Assembly (NCBI GenBank): GCA_046293555.1
Contig: JBKBOT010000004.1
Coordinates: 1-64,000 of the forward strand
Direction: 5' to 3'
DNA from: Pyrobaculum sp.
GTDB taxonomy: Archaea > Thermoproteota > Thermoprotei > Thermoproteales > Thermoproteaceae
Length of the DNA stretch: 64,000 nt
Shown here: positions 19,744-28,581 of the stretch, one piece after another
Numbering within the stretch: the first letter of the stretch is position 1
Layout of the letters: every line of letters starts with the position of its first letter
The notes under the pieces: generated by a model
What the model saw: only the letters and a program-made list of their open reading frames with translations
Told to the model about the DNA's origin: nothing
Databases searched by the model: none
Program-made: the position numbers and the translations under genes

Positions 19744-21003
19744 TTAATACAACTCCTCTAGCCTCCTCCTGGCGCTCTCCACGCCGCGGGAGGCCCACGC
19801 CAAGGCGGCCGTCAGCCCCAAAAGCCACAAGACTGCGTTAATAGCTAAAAACTGGCCGGCGGTGAGAAAAGCCTCGGCTAAGACTAGGCTTGTGTTTATT
19901 AACCACGCAGTGGCTGTGACTAGCCCCACTACAGAGGCCCTGACGCCTGTGGGGAATAACTCGCTTTCTAATACGCTAAGCGAGGCCCACGCCCATTCTG
20001 AAAAAACAAGATTAGAAAAGAGAATAGACAAATATAGAGAGAGGCCTCCCGGCATGGTGGCCAGCAGGAGGGCGGTGGCGAGGCCCCCGACGTAAGACGA
20101 CAATAGGGCAAACCGCCTCGACTTGTCTATTGCCGGGATTAACAAAAAGGCGCCGATAGAGGCGCCTAGGTTAGCCACCGCCACAATTACGGGTGCTGTC
20201 TCAACGCCTAGCGGGAAGCCCTCTGCATATGGCGAGTAGTATGCCGCTATGTTGTAGGTGGCTAATTGTGTAGAGGTCACCATAAGCAAAACCGCTAGCC
20301 TAAATAGATGGCGCCTTAACGCCTCTTTAAGCCCCACAGCTCCCTCTATAGGCATCTCAGACATCCCCATTTTTCTCAACAAGGTCTCTGCCTCAGCCCG
20401 CCTGCCCGCTGTCACAAGCCACCTGGGGGACTCGGGAAGGTGTAGCCTAGCCATAAACACAACAGTGGCCAACGCAATTGCCGTCAGGAAGGTGTAAAAC
20501 ACCGCCACGTCTGGCTCCTCAGCTAACGATTTATACCAAAGCGAGAGGCCGGCAATTATGGCGGCGCCGATATTCCAAAAATTAGTGGCAAGCATTAACG
20601 CCCTCCCCCTGAGGCGAGGCGGCGAGAGTTCAGCCATGGCGGCATAGGAAGGCCCCACCTCGCCCCCCACCCCGAAGTTAATCACGCTGGTGAGTAAAAC
20701 TAATGTCCCAAAAGTGAGTAGGCCGCCCCAGTAGAAGGAGACAAATAGGATAGACCCCACGGTGTAGGTGAGAAGAGATAATATCAGCCCAAGCCGCCTC
20801 CCCACTACATCTGTCACTTTGCCAAAGGCAAAGGCCCCCGCCATAAATGCCAAAGAGTTGGCGGCAAAGACATAGGAGGCTAGGTGGGGCTGTATGAGAT
20901 ATATAGTGACGGGGACAAGGCTAAACAAAACGCCGTCGAGGAAAAAGCTGGCGGACACCACGGCGAAGAGGCCCCAATGCGTCTTTCCCCATCTCTCCAT
21001 CAA
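19744..21003 (-). CDS. MFS transporter (sugar porter-like)
   Basis: D.VGRR, ELSP...RG, PESPRWL, ELFPT.VR. Confidence 0.88.
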   Translation of the reverse strand: MMERWGKTHWGLFAVVSASFFLDGVLFSLVPVTIYLIQPHLASYVFAANSLAFMAGAFAFGKVTDVVGRRLGLILSLLTYTVGSILFVSFYWGGLLTFGTLVLLTSVINFGVGGEVGPSYAAMAELSPPRLRGRALMLATNFWNIGAAIIAGLSLWYKSLAEEPDVAVFYTFLTAIALATVVFMARLHLPESPRWLVTAGRRAEAETLLRKMGMSEMPIEGAVGLKEALRRHLFRLAVLLMVTSTQLATYNIAAYYSPYAEGFPLGVETAPVIVAVANLGASIGAFLLIPAIDKSRRFALLSSYVGGLATALLLATMPGGLSLYLSILFSNLVFSEWAWASLSVLESELFPTGVRASVVGLVTATAWLINTSLVLAEAFLTAGQFLAINAVLWLLGLTAALAWASRGVESARRRLEELY

Positions 21004-21029
21004 TAAGTAGTTAATTTTGATATAAAAAC

Positions 21030-21210
21030 TTACTTATTTGGCTTCACCCAGTTTTACTATCTCTCTTCTCCACCTTGACGAGCCCTGCTTCCTCAAGCCG
21101 CCTTACTGCTTTAAATACCGTAGTGCGCGGAATCCCTAAATCAGACTCAAAAAAACCCCGCCTCTCTCCCTAACGTGACGGAGAATCAACATGTCTACTT
21201 CTGAAAGACC
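21030..21210 (-). pseudogene. degenerate winged-helix (MarR-like HTH) gene fragment
   Basis: Minus strand reads GLSEVDMLILRHVRERGGVF / ESDLGIPRTTVFKAVRRLEEAGLVKVEKRDSK / NWVKPNK* with frameshifts at a T7 and an A4 run; no clear 5' end. Confidence 0.65.
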
Positions 21211-21299
21211 TCCTGGCGTCTTTCCCCACCCGTTTTACATTTGTATACCCCCTAGCCGTGTAACCTAAACCACAATGTTGACGTCAAGACTAAGAGTCA

Positions 21300-21481
21300 C
21301 GACATGAGAAAATAAAAAATAGACGGCACGCTGTCTGAATTTAGAAAAACGTTAATAAGATAGGAAAAGTCACCGTGTAAAACAGTAAAACAGCCAGAGA
21401 AAACTTAAAAACTCATAAAAACAAAACGCTAGAAACCCCAGGATCTCAAAAAGAGGATTGAAAGTAAAAGAGGATTGAGAG
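21300..21481 (+). CRISPR. orphan CRISPR remnant: A-rich leader, one full repeat and one truncated repeat, no spacer
   Basis: GGATCTCAAAAAGAGGATTGAAAG at 21441-21464 (1 mismatch to the recalled Pyrobaculum repeat GAATCTCAAAAAGAGGATTGAAAG), then T, then AAAAGAGGATTGAGAG at 21466-21481; upstream A-rich leader with GAAAACTTAAAAA. Confidence 0.75.
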
Positions 21482-21516
21482 TTAAGGAATGGGGTTATTC
21501 CACAGGCGGAAAGCCT

Positions 21517-22236
21517 CTAGAGACTTTCCGCAGGCGGAATTTTCGCCGTGGCCACGGCCAACGCCGTGAAGAGAAAACTACTGGCCAAAACCCTGCGGCC
21601 CATCTTCCTGATGTCTCCCACAGCCGACAGTTTTACATTATGCCGATAGTTCTGTATAAGGAGGTAAGTGGGCTCTACCGCCGCGACGAGAAACGGCGGG
21701 TGAGACGCCGCAATGTAGCCAACTGCAGGAGCCCACAGGAGTAGAGGCACGCCGGGGTCCACATTTCTAAAGGCCAGTCTTGACTCTACATACAAGGCAA
21801 AGGTGACAAAATATATGACATATAGCGGGTAGAACAACGTCTCGACGCCGGCGGGGACGCCAAGTAGATACCGCATGGGGATAGCCAAGGAGGAGTATAA
21901 CGCAAGGCCGGCCACATACCCTGTGGGCGTCCTTATGCGGCCTCTGGCTGCAGTTAGAAACACCACCATGGCCAACGCCACGAGGTAGACAACCCAAGGC
22001 GGCGGCATGTTCCACAACGCCGGGGCATACGGCAAGACGTTTAAAACAACAAGCGGGAGAGAAAGGCGGCGTCTAGAGGCCTCCTCAAAAAGAGGGCTGA
22101 AGGTAGTCAGGTGGATAAAAAACGCCAACGCCACGAGGGCAACGCGCCACCACTCCGCGGGGAGGCCCAGGGCGAGGACAGCCGCCAGGTTTGTAACTAA
22201 CACCCCCACGATGGTCCACTCTCTGGGTAGACGCAT
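21517..22236 (-). CDS. polytopic membrane protein, possibly YwiC-like
   Basis: About 7-8 TM helices; N-terminal LPREW and C-terminal RKMG reminiscent of YwiC; last gene of the ccm run. Confidence 0.55.
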   Translation of the reverse strand: MRLPREWTIVGVLVTNLAAVLALGLPAEWWRVALVALAFFIHLTTFSPLFEEASRRRLSLPLVVLNVLPYAPALWNMPPPWVVYLVALAMVVFLTAARGRIRTPTGYVAGLALYSSLAIPMRYLLGVPAGVETLFYPLYVIYFVTFALYVESRLAFRNVDPGVPLLLWAPAVGYIAASHPPFLVAAVEPTYLLIQNYRHNVKLSAVGDIRKMGRRVLASSFLFTALAVATAKIPPAESL

Positions 22237-22263
22237 GACACATAGACGTCATGTACATATTAA

Positions 22264-22809
22264 TTAATGTCTGTAGTCTAAAAGCGCCGCCACGAGTGTC
22301 CCCACGGCGGCTGTGAGGACCAACGCCCCTACGGCGGCTGTATGGCCTTCTGCCGCAGCTACCGCGGGGGGTAGGGCCAGAACTATGGCCATGGCGGTGG
22401 CGGCTGGGGGCGGCAGCCCGCCGTAGACTGCAAAAAGCGCCGCCAGGGAGCTTACCGTGGAGAACAACAACGCCGTAATTACCGCCGTGGGGATGTGGGC
22501 TGGGTGGATGAAAAGAGTGGCCAACGCCGTGGCTAACGCCGTCGTGAGGCCTGTCACCACGAGTTTAGAGATGTAGATCTCCACGTGGCTTGTGTAATAT
22601 ATCAGCCCTTCCAACACGCCTCTGTCCCAATCCCTAATGACGTAAAGATAGGCAGATAGCTGGGAGGCCAACAGGGCTATTAGATAGACGGCAGGCCACC
22701 CCGCGGCGGAGGCCAACACCCCCGCGGCTATCGCCACTGTGGCTATATAAGCCGTCTCTTCCGGCCTTCTGGCCGCCGCCTTTAGGTCAGCCTTTATGAT
22801 CTCCCACAT
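22264..22809 (-). CDS. ccmB: heme exporter permease CcmB-like
   Basis: IIKADLK, RDWDRGVLEGL, IYISK motifs; downstream of ccmA. Confidence 0.7.
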   Translation of the reverse strand: MWEIIKADLKAAARRPEETAYIATVAIAAGVLASAAGWPAVYLIALLASQLSAYLYVIRDWDRGVLEGLIYYTSHVEIYISKLVVTGLTTALATALATLFIHPAHIPTAVITALLFSTVSSLAALFAVYGGLPPPAATAMAIVLALPPAVAAAEGHTAAVGALVLTAAVGTLVAALLDYRH

Positions 22810-23365
22810 TGATTTCTCCCATCTTGAGCTCTCTCCCCAGCCCCAGAGGAAACGGCGAGGTTAACAACGCCGCCGGCCTTTGTCTTACTATATCCATGAG
22901 TTCCCCCCGGGCCTCCTCGTCTAGCCCCGTGGTGGGCTCGTCGATTACGAGATTCGGGGGGTCTGGCAACAAGGCTCTCGCCAGGTCTACCCGCCGCCTC
23001 CAGCCAAAACTGAGGGTCTTGACGGGCTTGTCTAACACCTTACAGACGCCCAGGGGGCAGCCCTCCAGCTTTCCGCCAGAAAGCTTGGCGAAAAGCCTTA
23101 AGTTCTCCCTCACTGTGAGCTCTGGGTAGAGCGTCGGGCTGTGGAAAACCACGCCGAGAGTTCTGGCGGGGACTTTAGGCCTGGCGCCATCTATATACAC
23201 CTCGCCCCTTGTGGGTTCCAACACGCCGGCAATTATTCGCACCAACGTGGTCTTGCCGGAGCCATTTGGGCCCACGAGCGTGACGACCCCACCTATGGAC
23301 AGACTTACCCCTCTAAGCACCCAGCCCTCCCCCAGCCTCTTCCATAGGTTTATCACTTCAATCAC
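22787..23365 (-). CDS. ccmA: heme exporter ATPase CcmA-like
   Basis: GPNGSGKT, LYPELTVRENL, LSFGWRRRV, IDEPTTGLD; ccm context. Confidence 0.78.
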   Translation of the reverse strand: MIEVINLWKRLGEGWVLRGVSLSIGGVVTLVGPNGSGKTTLVRIIAGVLEPTRGEVYIDGARPKVPARTLGVVFHSPTLYPELTVRENLRLFAKLSGGKLEGCPLGVCKVLDKPVKTLSFGWRRRVDLARALLPDPPNLVIDEPTTGLDEEARGELMDIVRQRPAALLTSPFPLGLGRELKMGEINVGDHKG

Positions 23366-23733
23366 CCCGCTGGGGCGTAGTAGGCGGAGTGACAGCCTTT
23401 GATAATCGTGGTGATATTTAACGTCCTTGTGGCTGGGCTGTATACGCCCTCTACCACCACCTCACGGTCGAACTGAAACTGGGGGCCGGCCATTTTGACC
23501 ACCTCCATGTAGGGCACCACGGCCCTTATGGTAAAGCCGTCTCTCCCCCTGAGCGTTAAGTAGAGATAATCCCCCTCCCTGCCGTAATCCACAAGGACGC
23601 CGGACACCCTCACCTTGCCGCCAGGAAAGTTCTTAAGGTCAGACACGTCTTTTGGACTCCCCACATAAAGCGACATGATGCCCGCCGCGAGAAAGACGGC
23701 GGCTAGGGCAATAATTAAGACAAGCCGCCTCAT
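23362..23733 (-). CDS. ccmE: heme chaperone CcmE (CxxxY variant)
   Basis: N-terminal TM, VRVSG, VVVEG, C-terminal GCHSAY. Confidence 0.8.
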   Translation of the reverse strand: MRRLVLIIALAAVFLAAGIMSLYVGSPKDVSDLKNFPGGKVRVSGVLVDYGREGDYLYLTLRGRDGFTIRAVVPYMEVVKMAGPQFQFDREVVVEGVYSPATRTLNITTIIKGCHSAYYAPAG

Positions 23734-24662
23734 CTCTTCCCCACAGCCCGGAGGACTGCCGCCGCCGTGAGGAAATACAACGCGGCGTTTATATATGCGC
23801 TATAGTGACGCACCAGCTCTACCTCCCCATCTCTTACTAACACGAAGTTCTTTGGGAGGGTGGGGTAGCCCTCTACCTCAGCTGGCGTGAGGACTTGAGA
23901 TGGGGAAATTGGGAGAGCTCTACCGTCTTCCAGCACGATAGAGGTGGCGGTGACGTCTACTACCCGCACTGGGCCGAGAAGCCAGGGGTAGAGCATGGCT
24001 AGCGCCACCACAGCCCCCGTCATGTATATCCACACGACTTTCCTCCCCCCGGCGGCGAGAAGCAATGTGAAGAAAAACGCCGCCACTAATATAGTTCTTG
24101 CCATCATGTAGAGACGCAGCGTCCCCGTCAAGGTGGCGCCAGGCTGGGGGTGTAGCGATTTAGCCACGACGGGGGCCACTAGAGAGATAACTACCAGCAC
24201 GTAGCCCGCGATGAGGTAAGACTGCGCCAGTTTGACAGATCTATCTGGGTCCTCTACCCCCCTCCTTATGGCTGGATAGAGGGAAAACACCAGAGCTACA
24301 GCCAGTATTGACATCTGCCGTGGGTCGAGGGCAAGGGGCGTGCCCCAGCTTTCGGCAGCCCAAAGGGTGCCGCTGACAAAGGCGTACCAAGCCAAGGCCG
24401 CTGTGATGTAAGCCGAGACGTCCATCAGCTGTATTACCCGAGGCGACGGCCTCTTGACGCCCCAGAGGGCGGAGGCTAACGCCGCTGTGGCCATTATGTA
24501 CATAACAATACCTGCAGGCACATGTACGTAAATATTTAGATAGGCCGTGGGGGCGCCCAGCTCTTTAACCACAAGAGGGAAGGGCCCCCAGTTCACGAGG
24601 TAGATAGCCGAAATGACGTCTACAGCCGCCAGGACGGCTATGACAGACCTCACAGGACTCAC
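23730..24662 (-). CDS. ccmC: cytochrome c biogenesis protein CcmC with C-terminal extension
   Basis: IYVHVP, GTLWAAESWG...DPR, SLHP. Confidence 0.85.
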   Translation of the reverse strand: MSPVRSVIAVLAAVDVISAIYLVNWGPFPLVVKELGAPTAYLNIYVHVPAGIVMYIMATAALASALWGVKRPSPRVIQLMDVSAYITAALAWYAFVSGTLWAAESWGTPLALDPRQMSILAVALVFSLYPAIRRGVEDPDRSVKLAQSYLIAGYVLVVISLVAPVVAKSLHPQPGATLTGTLRLYMMARTILVAAFFFTLLLAAGGRKVVWIYMTGAVVALAMLYPWLLGPVRVVDVTATSIVLEDGRALPISPSQVLTPAEVEGYPTLPKNFVLVRDGEVELVRHYSAYINAALYFLTAAAVLRAVGKR

Positions 24663-24672
24663 GGGCCTCTAC

Positions 24673-25122
24673 TTAATAAACCTTCTCCCCGAAGTCCTCT
24701 ATTGCAAACCCCCTGCCGAGCCGCCGCTTGGCTTTTTCAATAATTGCATCTATGAGATCTCTAGGCGTTGCGTAATGCCCCTCTACCAGCTGTAATCTCG
24801 TCAGGGCGTTTAGATGTGTGAAATACATGGGGCACTGGAGGCAATCCACCCCACAGTCCTCCTCTAGGTACACACAGTGGCGCCCCGCAATCGCCACAGG
24901 TCTTCTCAAGACTTGAAACACGCCGTCTGTCGACCTAATCGCCAGATATATGCCAGGACTGTCAAAACCACGTCGCCTAAAGAGGGCGGCCTTCCTATAT
25001 AGAGTCGACAAGGGGATTCCGGTGATAAAACTGGCCTGTCTAATCCCTTTTAGAAGTATACAAAAAAGGTTAAAATCCCCCCTATCTAGAAAAAAGTTGC
25101 GGGGAATAAAATTTATCTTCAC
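24673..25122 (-). CDS. putative HTH regulator with four-Cys cluster
   Basis: IRQASFITGIPLSTLYRK (HTH-like) plus C-x6-C-x3-C-x2-C; overlaps the cytochrome c stop. Confidence 0.6.
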   Translation of the reverse strand: MKINFIPRNFFLDRGDFNLFCILLKGIRQASFITGIPLSTLYRKAALFRRRGFDSPGIYLAIRSTDGVFQVLRRPVAIAGRHCVYLEEDCGVDCLQCPMYFTHLNALTRLQLVEGHYATPRDLIDAIIEKAKRRLGRGFAIEDFGEKVY

Positions 25123-25712
25123 GACTTTGTGGCAGCCATTTTGAACATCTCGACGAGAGCTGGAACCTCCTCTGTGGCGTATCCACTCCGTTTCTTAAAC
25201 GCCTCAGTTTGTGCAAACATAGTTGGCGCTAATTCTTTATCGCCCTCTATTAGGAGCTTGGCAATTAGCTGCGCCGCCCTCTCTGGATCTGCCGCCGGGT
25301 CTTTAAGGCCGTGTTTTTCGAAATATTTCATCATCATGGGGCCGCCGGCAGTGCCTTTCTCTACCCCCACGCTGCCTAACAGCGCTTTACTTAAGTCGGG
25401 GCCGAGGTTGCCCCCCACCTCAATGCCCACAGCCTTTACCGTGTGGCAAGCCACACAAGCCAGATCTTTAAACAGCTGGATGCCCTTTTTGGCCAGCTCC
25501 TCGTTGTATTTAATCTGTAACGCCGGCGTGGCGGGAGCCCCGGGAGCCCCCGCGGTTATTGTCACCGGCGGCTCTGTAACTGTGGCGGCTGGCTCTGTAA
25601 CTGTGGTGACTTTAGTCGCCGTCTTTACCTCGACAGCGGGCTGGTAGGTAAACGCCGCGGCGCCAATGATAACTGCAATAATTGCTACAGCCAGATATAT
25701 AGCTTTGCCCAT
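25119..25712 (-). CDS. membrane-anchored monoheme cytochrome c (probable c subunit of split cd1 nitrite reductase)
   Basis: TM anchor, Thr/Pro linker, CVACH, GPDLS; divergent from nirS. Confidence 0.85.
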   Translation of the reverse strand: MGKAIYLAVAIIAVIIGAAAFTYQPAVEVKTATKVTTVTEPAATVTEPPVTITAGAPGAPATPALQIKYNEELAKKGIQLFKDLACVACHTVKAVGIEVGGNLGPDLSKALLGSVGVEKGTAGGPMMMKYFEKHGLKDPAADPERAAQLIAKLLIEGDKELAPTMFAQTEAFKKRSGYATEEVPALVEMFKMAATKS

Positions 25713-25746
25713 ACGTAAGGGGAATGTGTATGTTTTTAGGAGTTTT

Positions 25747-25763
25747 GGTTTACTATGTTAACC
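25747..25763. promoter_or_regulatory. palindromic box GGTTTA-CTATG-TTAACC (nirS/cyt c promoter)
   Basis: Near-perfect GGTTAA-N5-TTAACC centred between two divergent starts; recurs at nosZ and norZ. Confidence 0.7.
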
Positions 25764-25796
25764 ACAAAGATTAAGTCACTGTGTGTAGAGAGCCAC

Positions 25797-27416
25797 ATGG
25801 GCGAGAAAGAGACCAGGAGAGATTTTCTAAAGGCGGCTGCTGCTGCGGGCATAGGCTTCGCAGTGGGGTCATGGGCGCTGGCGTTATCTAGACAAAAGGT
25901 GGTGGTAGAGACTACTGCAGAAAAGGAGACGTTAGTAAGGCCAGAGGTGAGAGTAAAGCCAGAGGTCCACATACAGCAAGCTGCGCCAACTGCGGCGGCG
26001 CCGCCCCATCCGGCTTTTGAAAAACGGGGGCTGGAGTTCCTAAACCCAGAGAATATACAAAAGACGTTAAGAGTTGTCGTGCCGGAGGACCAGCTTCCCG
26101 GCAAGCCAGTTGGCTATAACATAAACGACATAGACTGGATAGCTCTCCTCATCGAGAGTAGATACCACGAGCCGGGGGCCGAGATGGTGGGGTCCTATAC
26201 CTTCCTCGACATGAAGGAGTTTAAGATCTTAAAGCGGGTGAAAAACGCCGGCGATCGCGTCCATGTGGTGCGGTTTGGCAGAGAGGAGTGGCCTGAACAC
26301 AAGAGGCGGTTTGCGGTGGGGATGTCTAGAGACTGCTGGCTCTCTAAGATAGACCTATACTCAATGCAGGTGGTGAGACAGATAAAAATTGGCGTAGATT
26401 GTAGAAGCGCCATCTTTGACAAAGATGGGAAGTACGTAATAGCGGGCTCTAAAGACCCGGGCCACGCCGTGATACTAGATGCAGACACCTTTAAGGTCTT
26501 AAAGGTAATACCGTTTCTAGGCGTCAGTAAGTACTTCCCCACGCCAATGATGGGGAGACAGGGGGCAATACTGGCCTCAGACTTGGGCTACTGGCTTGTC
26601 AACGTGAAAGACGCAGAGATGGTGTTAGTAATTGACTACAGGCAGCCTGACTTCCCCATCGTCCACGTCTTTACTAGTTATGATACAAACAAGAAGGGCA
26701 GCTCGGTGAAAGTAAGAATTGGCGACAAGGAGTATGAGACAACAGGTATTGGCAAAAGCCCCCACGAGCTTAATAAGTTAGATAAGGAGGGTAGATATGT
26801 CGCAGTTACAGGACAGGAGGGCAATACCATATCTATAGTAGACATGAAGACTTTCGAAATTGTTAATACAGTATACTGTGGCAAAAAGCCGCATCCAGGC
26901 CCCGGCACGCTGGTACCTGGAAAATACTTCCTTACAAACGCCATAGCGGAGGGTTTAATCACAGTGATAAACCTACAGACCATGGATGTAGAGAAATACA
27001 TCAAGTATCCAAAAGAGTTCCCGCCAGAGACAGGCGGTGGCCTGTACTCCACCCCGCCCCTGCCTGACGGCAGAGTTCCCCACAACTTGGCGTGGTTTGA
27101 CACCAGCTTCAATATAAACAAGGGCGTATTTGCAGTAGACATTACGTTAATGGACGTGGCCACTAGGCCCCCGGAGCCCGCCGTCTTTGCCCCCAACAAG
27201 CCCGGCAAGTGGGCTATGCATCCCGGACATACCCCAGACGGGAGATATGTGGTGTCTGCCCTCGAGAGGACCGACATGGTGTACAAAGTGGATGCCGAAA
27301 GCGGCAAGATTGTCTCCACCATCGAGCTAAAGAAGGTGGAGCCAGTCCAGCTGGTGGAAGAGCCGAGCCCCACCGGGATATTCCCGTTGTGGCGTATAAA
27401 GGCGCCGTGGTTTTAG
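25797..27416 (+). CDS. nirS: cytochrome cd1 nitrite reductase, d1 beta-propeller domain only
   Basis: Tat signal TRRDFLK; RVHVVR, RD.W.SKIDL, PHE, KPHPGPG, SPTGIF; no CxxCH. Confidence 0.85.
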   Translation: MGEKETRRDFLKAAAAAGIGFAVGSWALALSRQKVVVETTAEKETLVRPEVRVKPEVHIQQAAPTAAAPPHPAFEKRGLEFLNPENIQKTLRVVVPEDQLPGKPVGYNINDIDWIALLIESRYHEPGAEMVGSYTFLDMKEFKILKRVKNAGDRVHVVRFGREEWPEHKRRFAVGMSRDCWLSKIDLYSMQVVRQIKIGVDCRSAIFDKDGKYVIAGSKDPGHAVILDADTFKVLKVIPFLGVSKYFPTPMMGRQGAILASDLGYWLVNVKDAEMVLVIDYRQPDFPIVHVFTSYDTNKKGSSVKVRIGDKEYETTGIGKSPHELNKLDKEGRYVAVTGQEGNTISIVDMKTFEIVNTVYCGKKPHPGPGTLVPGKYFLTNAIAEGLITVINLQTMDVEKYIKYPKEFPPETGGGLYSTPPLPDGRVPHNLAWFDTSFNINKGVFAVDITLMDVATRPPEPAVFAPNKPGKWAMHPGHTPDGRYVVSALERTDMVYKVDAESGKIVSTIELKKVEPVQLVEEPSPTGIFPLWRIKAPWF

Positions 27417-27973
27417 GCAGGGTATACATCGTCGGCGCCGGCCCCGGCGACCCGGAGTTATTAACGGTCAAGGCCCTTTTTCTCCTTCTAACAGCAGACG
27501 TGGTCTTCGCCGCCTCCCTCGTCCCCAGCTCAATTCTCAGCCTAGCTGACGGCAAAGTGGTGAAGTGCGGCCGCCTTACCTCTAGCCGACATGTAGGGCT
27601 GACAGCAAAAGTAATAGAGGAGGCCAAGTCTGGAAAGACGGTAGTGGTGTTAAAAAACGGGGATCCAGTCATATTCGGCCGGGGGGTGGCCATGTGTAGA
27701 GAGATAGAGAAGGCCGGCGTGCCTTGTGAAATTGTGCCCGGAGTCTCCTCCTTCTCTGCAGCTGCGGCGAAGTACAAAATACCCATAACTGAGGGGGGCA
27801 GGCCTCTCCTCCTGACTACAGCCAGAAGTGGGGGGGAGCCAGACGTGGTGGTATTTATGCCTGAACAGAGGGCTGAGGGGCTTGTGGTGGAGGACCTATA
27901 TGGAGAGGGCGAGAGGGCGTATTTTGGGGTGCCACAAAAGACGCCGGCGCTAGTCTTTAAACTAAGGCAGTAA
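27407..27973 (+). CDS. nirE: uroporphyrinogen-III C-methyltransferase (NirE/CobA-like)
   Basis: VGAGPGDPELLT, LKNGDP.IFGRG, IVPGVSS; overlaps the nirS stop; GTG 27407. Confidence 0.8.
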   Translation: MVLGRVYIVGAGPGDPELLTVKALFLLLTADVVFAASLVPSSILSLADGKVVKCGRLTSSRHVGLTAKVIEEAKSGKTVVVLKNGDPVIFGRGVAMCREIEKAGVPCEIVPGVSSFSAAAAKYKIPITEGGRPLLLTTARSGGEPDVVVFMPEQRAEGLVVEDLYGEGERAYFGVPQKTPALVFKLRQ

Positions 27974-28412
27974 TTTTTTTCAACACATTTTTAAAGGTCT
28001 TATATACAGCTGTCTTAGATATCTGATATCTCTCCGCCAATGTGGCCAAGTTGCCTCCATTAGCCATAGACTGCAACACCTCCCTCTGTCGAGGCGTGAG
28101 GAAAAGCTCCCGGCTGTCTAAAGTCTTTATTTCAACCACCTGGTCTTTACTCAAGATCTTTCTCACAGCTGCATTATCGCTCACAATGACTTTAATCCTT
28201 TGGTTTTCAAGTATAGGCCCGCGTAACACATAGCCGGCGGCAAGTAGGCGGTAGAAAACACACTCCTCACATCGCGCCGCCATGACCTCCACGCCGCGGT
28301 GTGTATGTAGGAGGTAGAAAATCTTGTCGCCACGTATTTTAAAACCAACGATGGCCTTCACGTCGGGGGGAAGTTTGTCACAAGGACGTAAAATAACTTT
28401 TAAAAATTTCAT
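27957..28412 (-). CDS. Bat-type (HTH-10) regulator with N-terminal Cys motif, paralog 1
   Basis: LTPRQREVL...LAERYQISKTAVY; Cys11 and CEEC. Confidence 0.78.
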   Translation of the reverse strand: MKFLKVILRPCDKLPPDVKAIVGFKIRGDKIFYLLHTHRGVEVMAARCEECVFYRLLAAGYVLRGPILENQRIKVIVSDNAAVRKILSKDQVVEIKTLDSRELFLTPRQREVLQSMANGGNLATLAERYQISKTAVYKTFKNVLKKITALV

Positions 28413-28581
28413 AGCAATAGGTTATTATCTTTATTTAAATTTTATCTTAAATATATTTTTATAACCTATTACATCTTTATATATGTGAATAGATTTTTAT
28501 GTAAAATTGTGTATATTTATAAATTCCTGTTTTTAACGATTATTTACACAAAAATTTTTATAGCTCTCTTTATTTTAAAAC

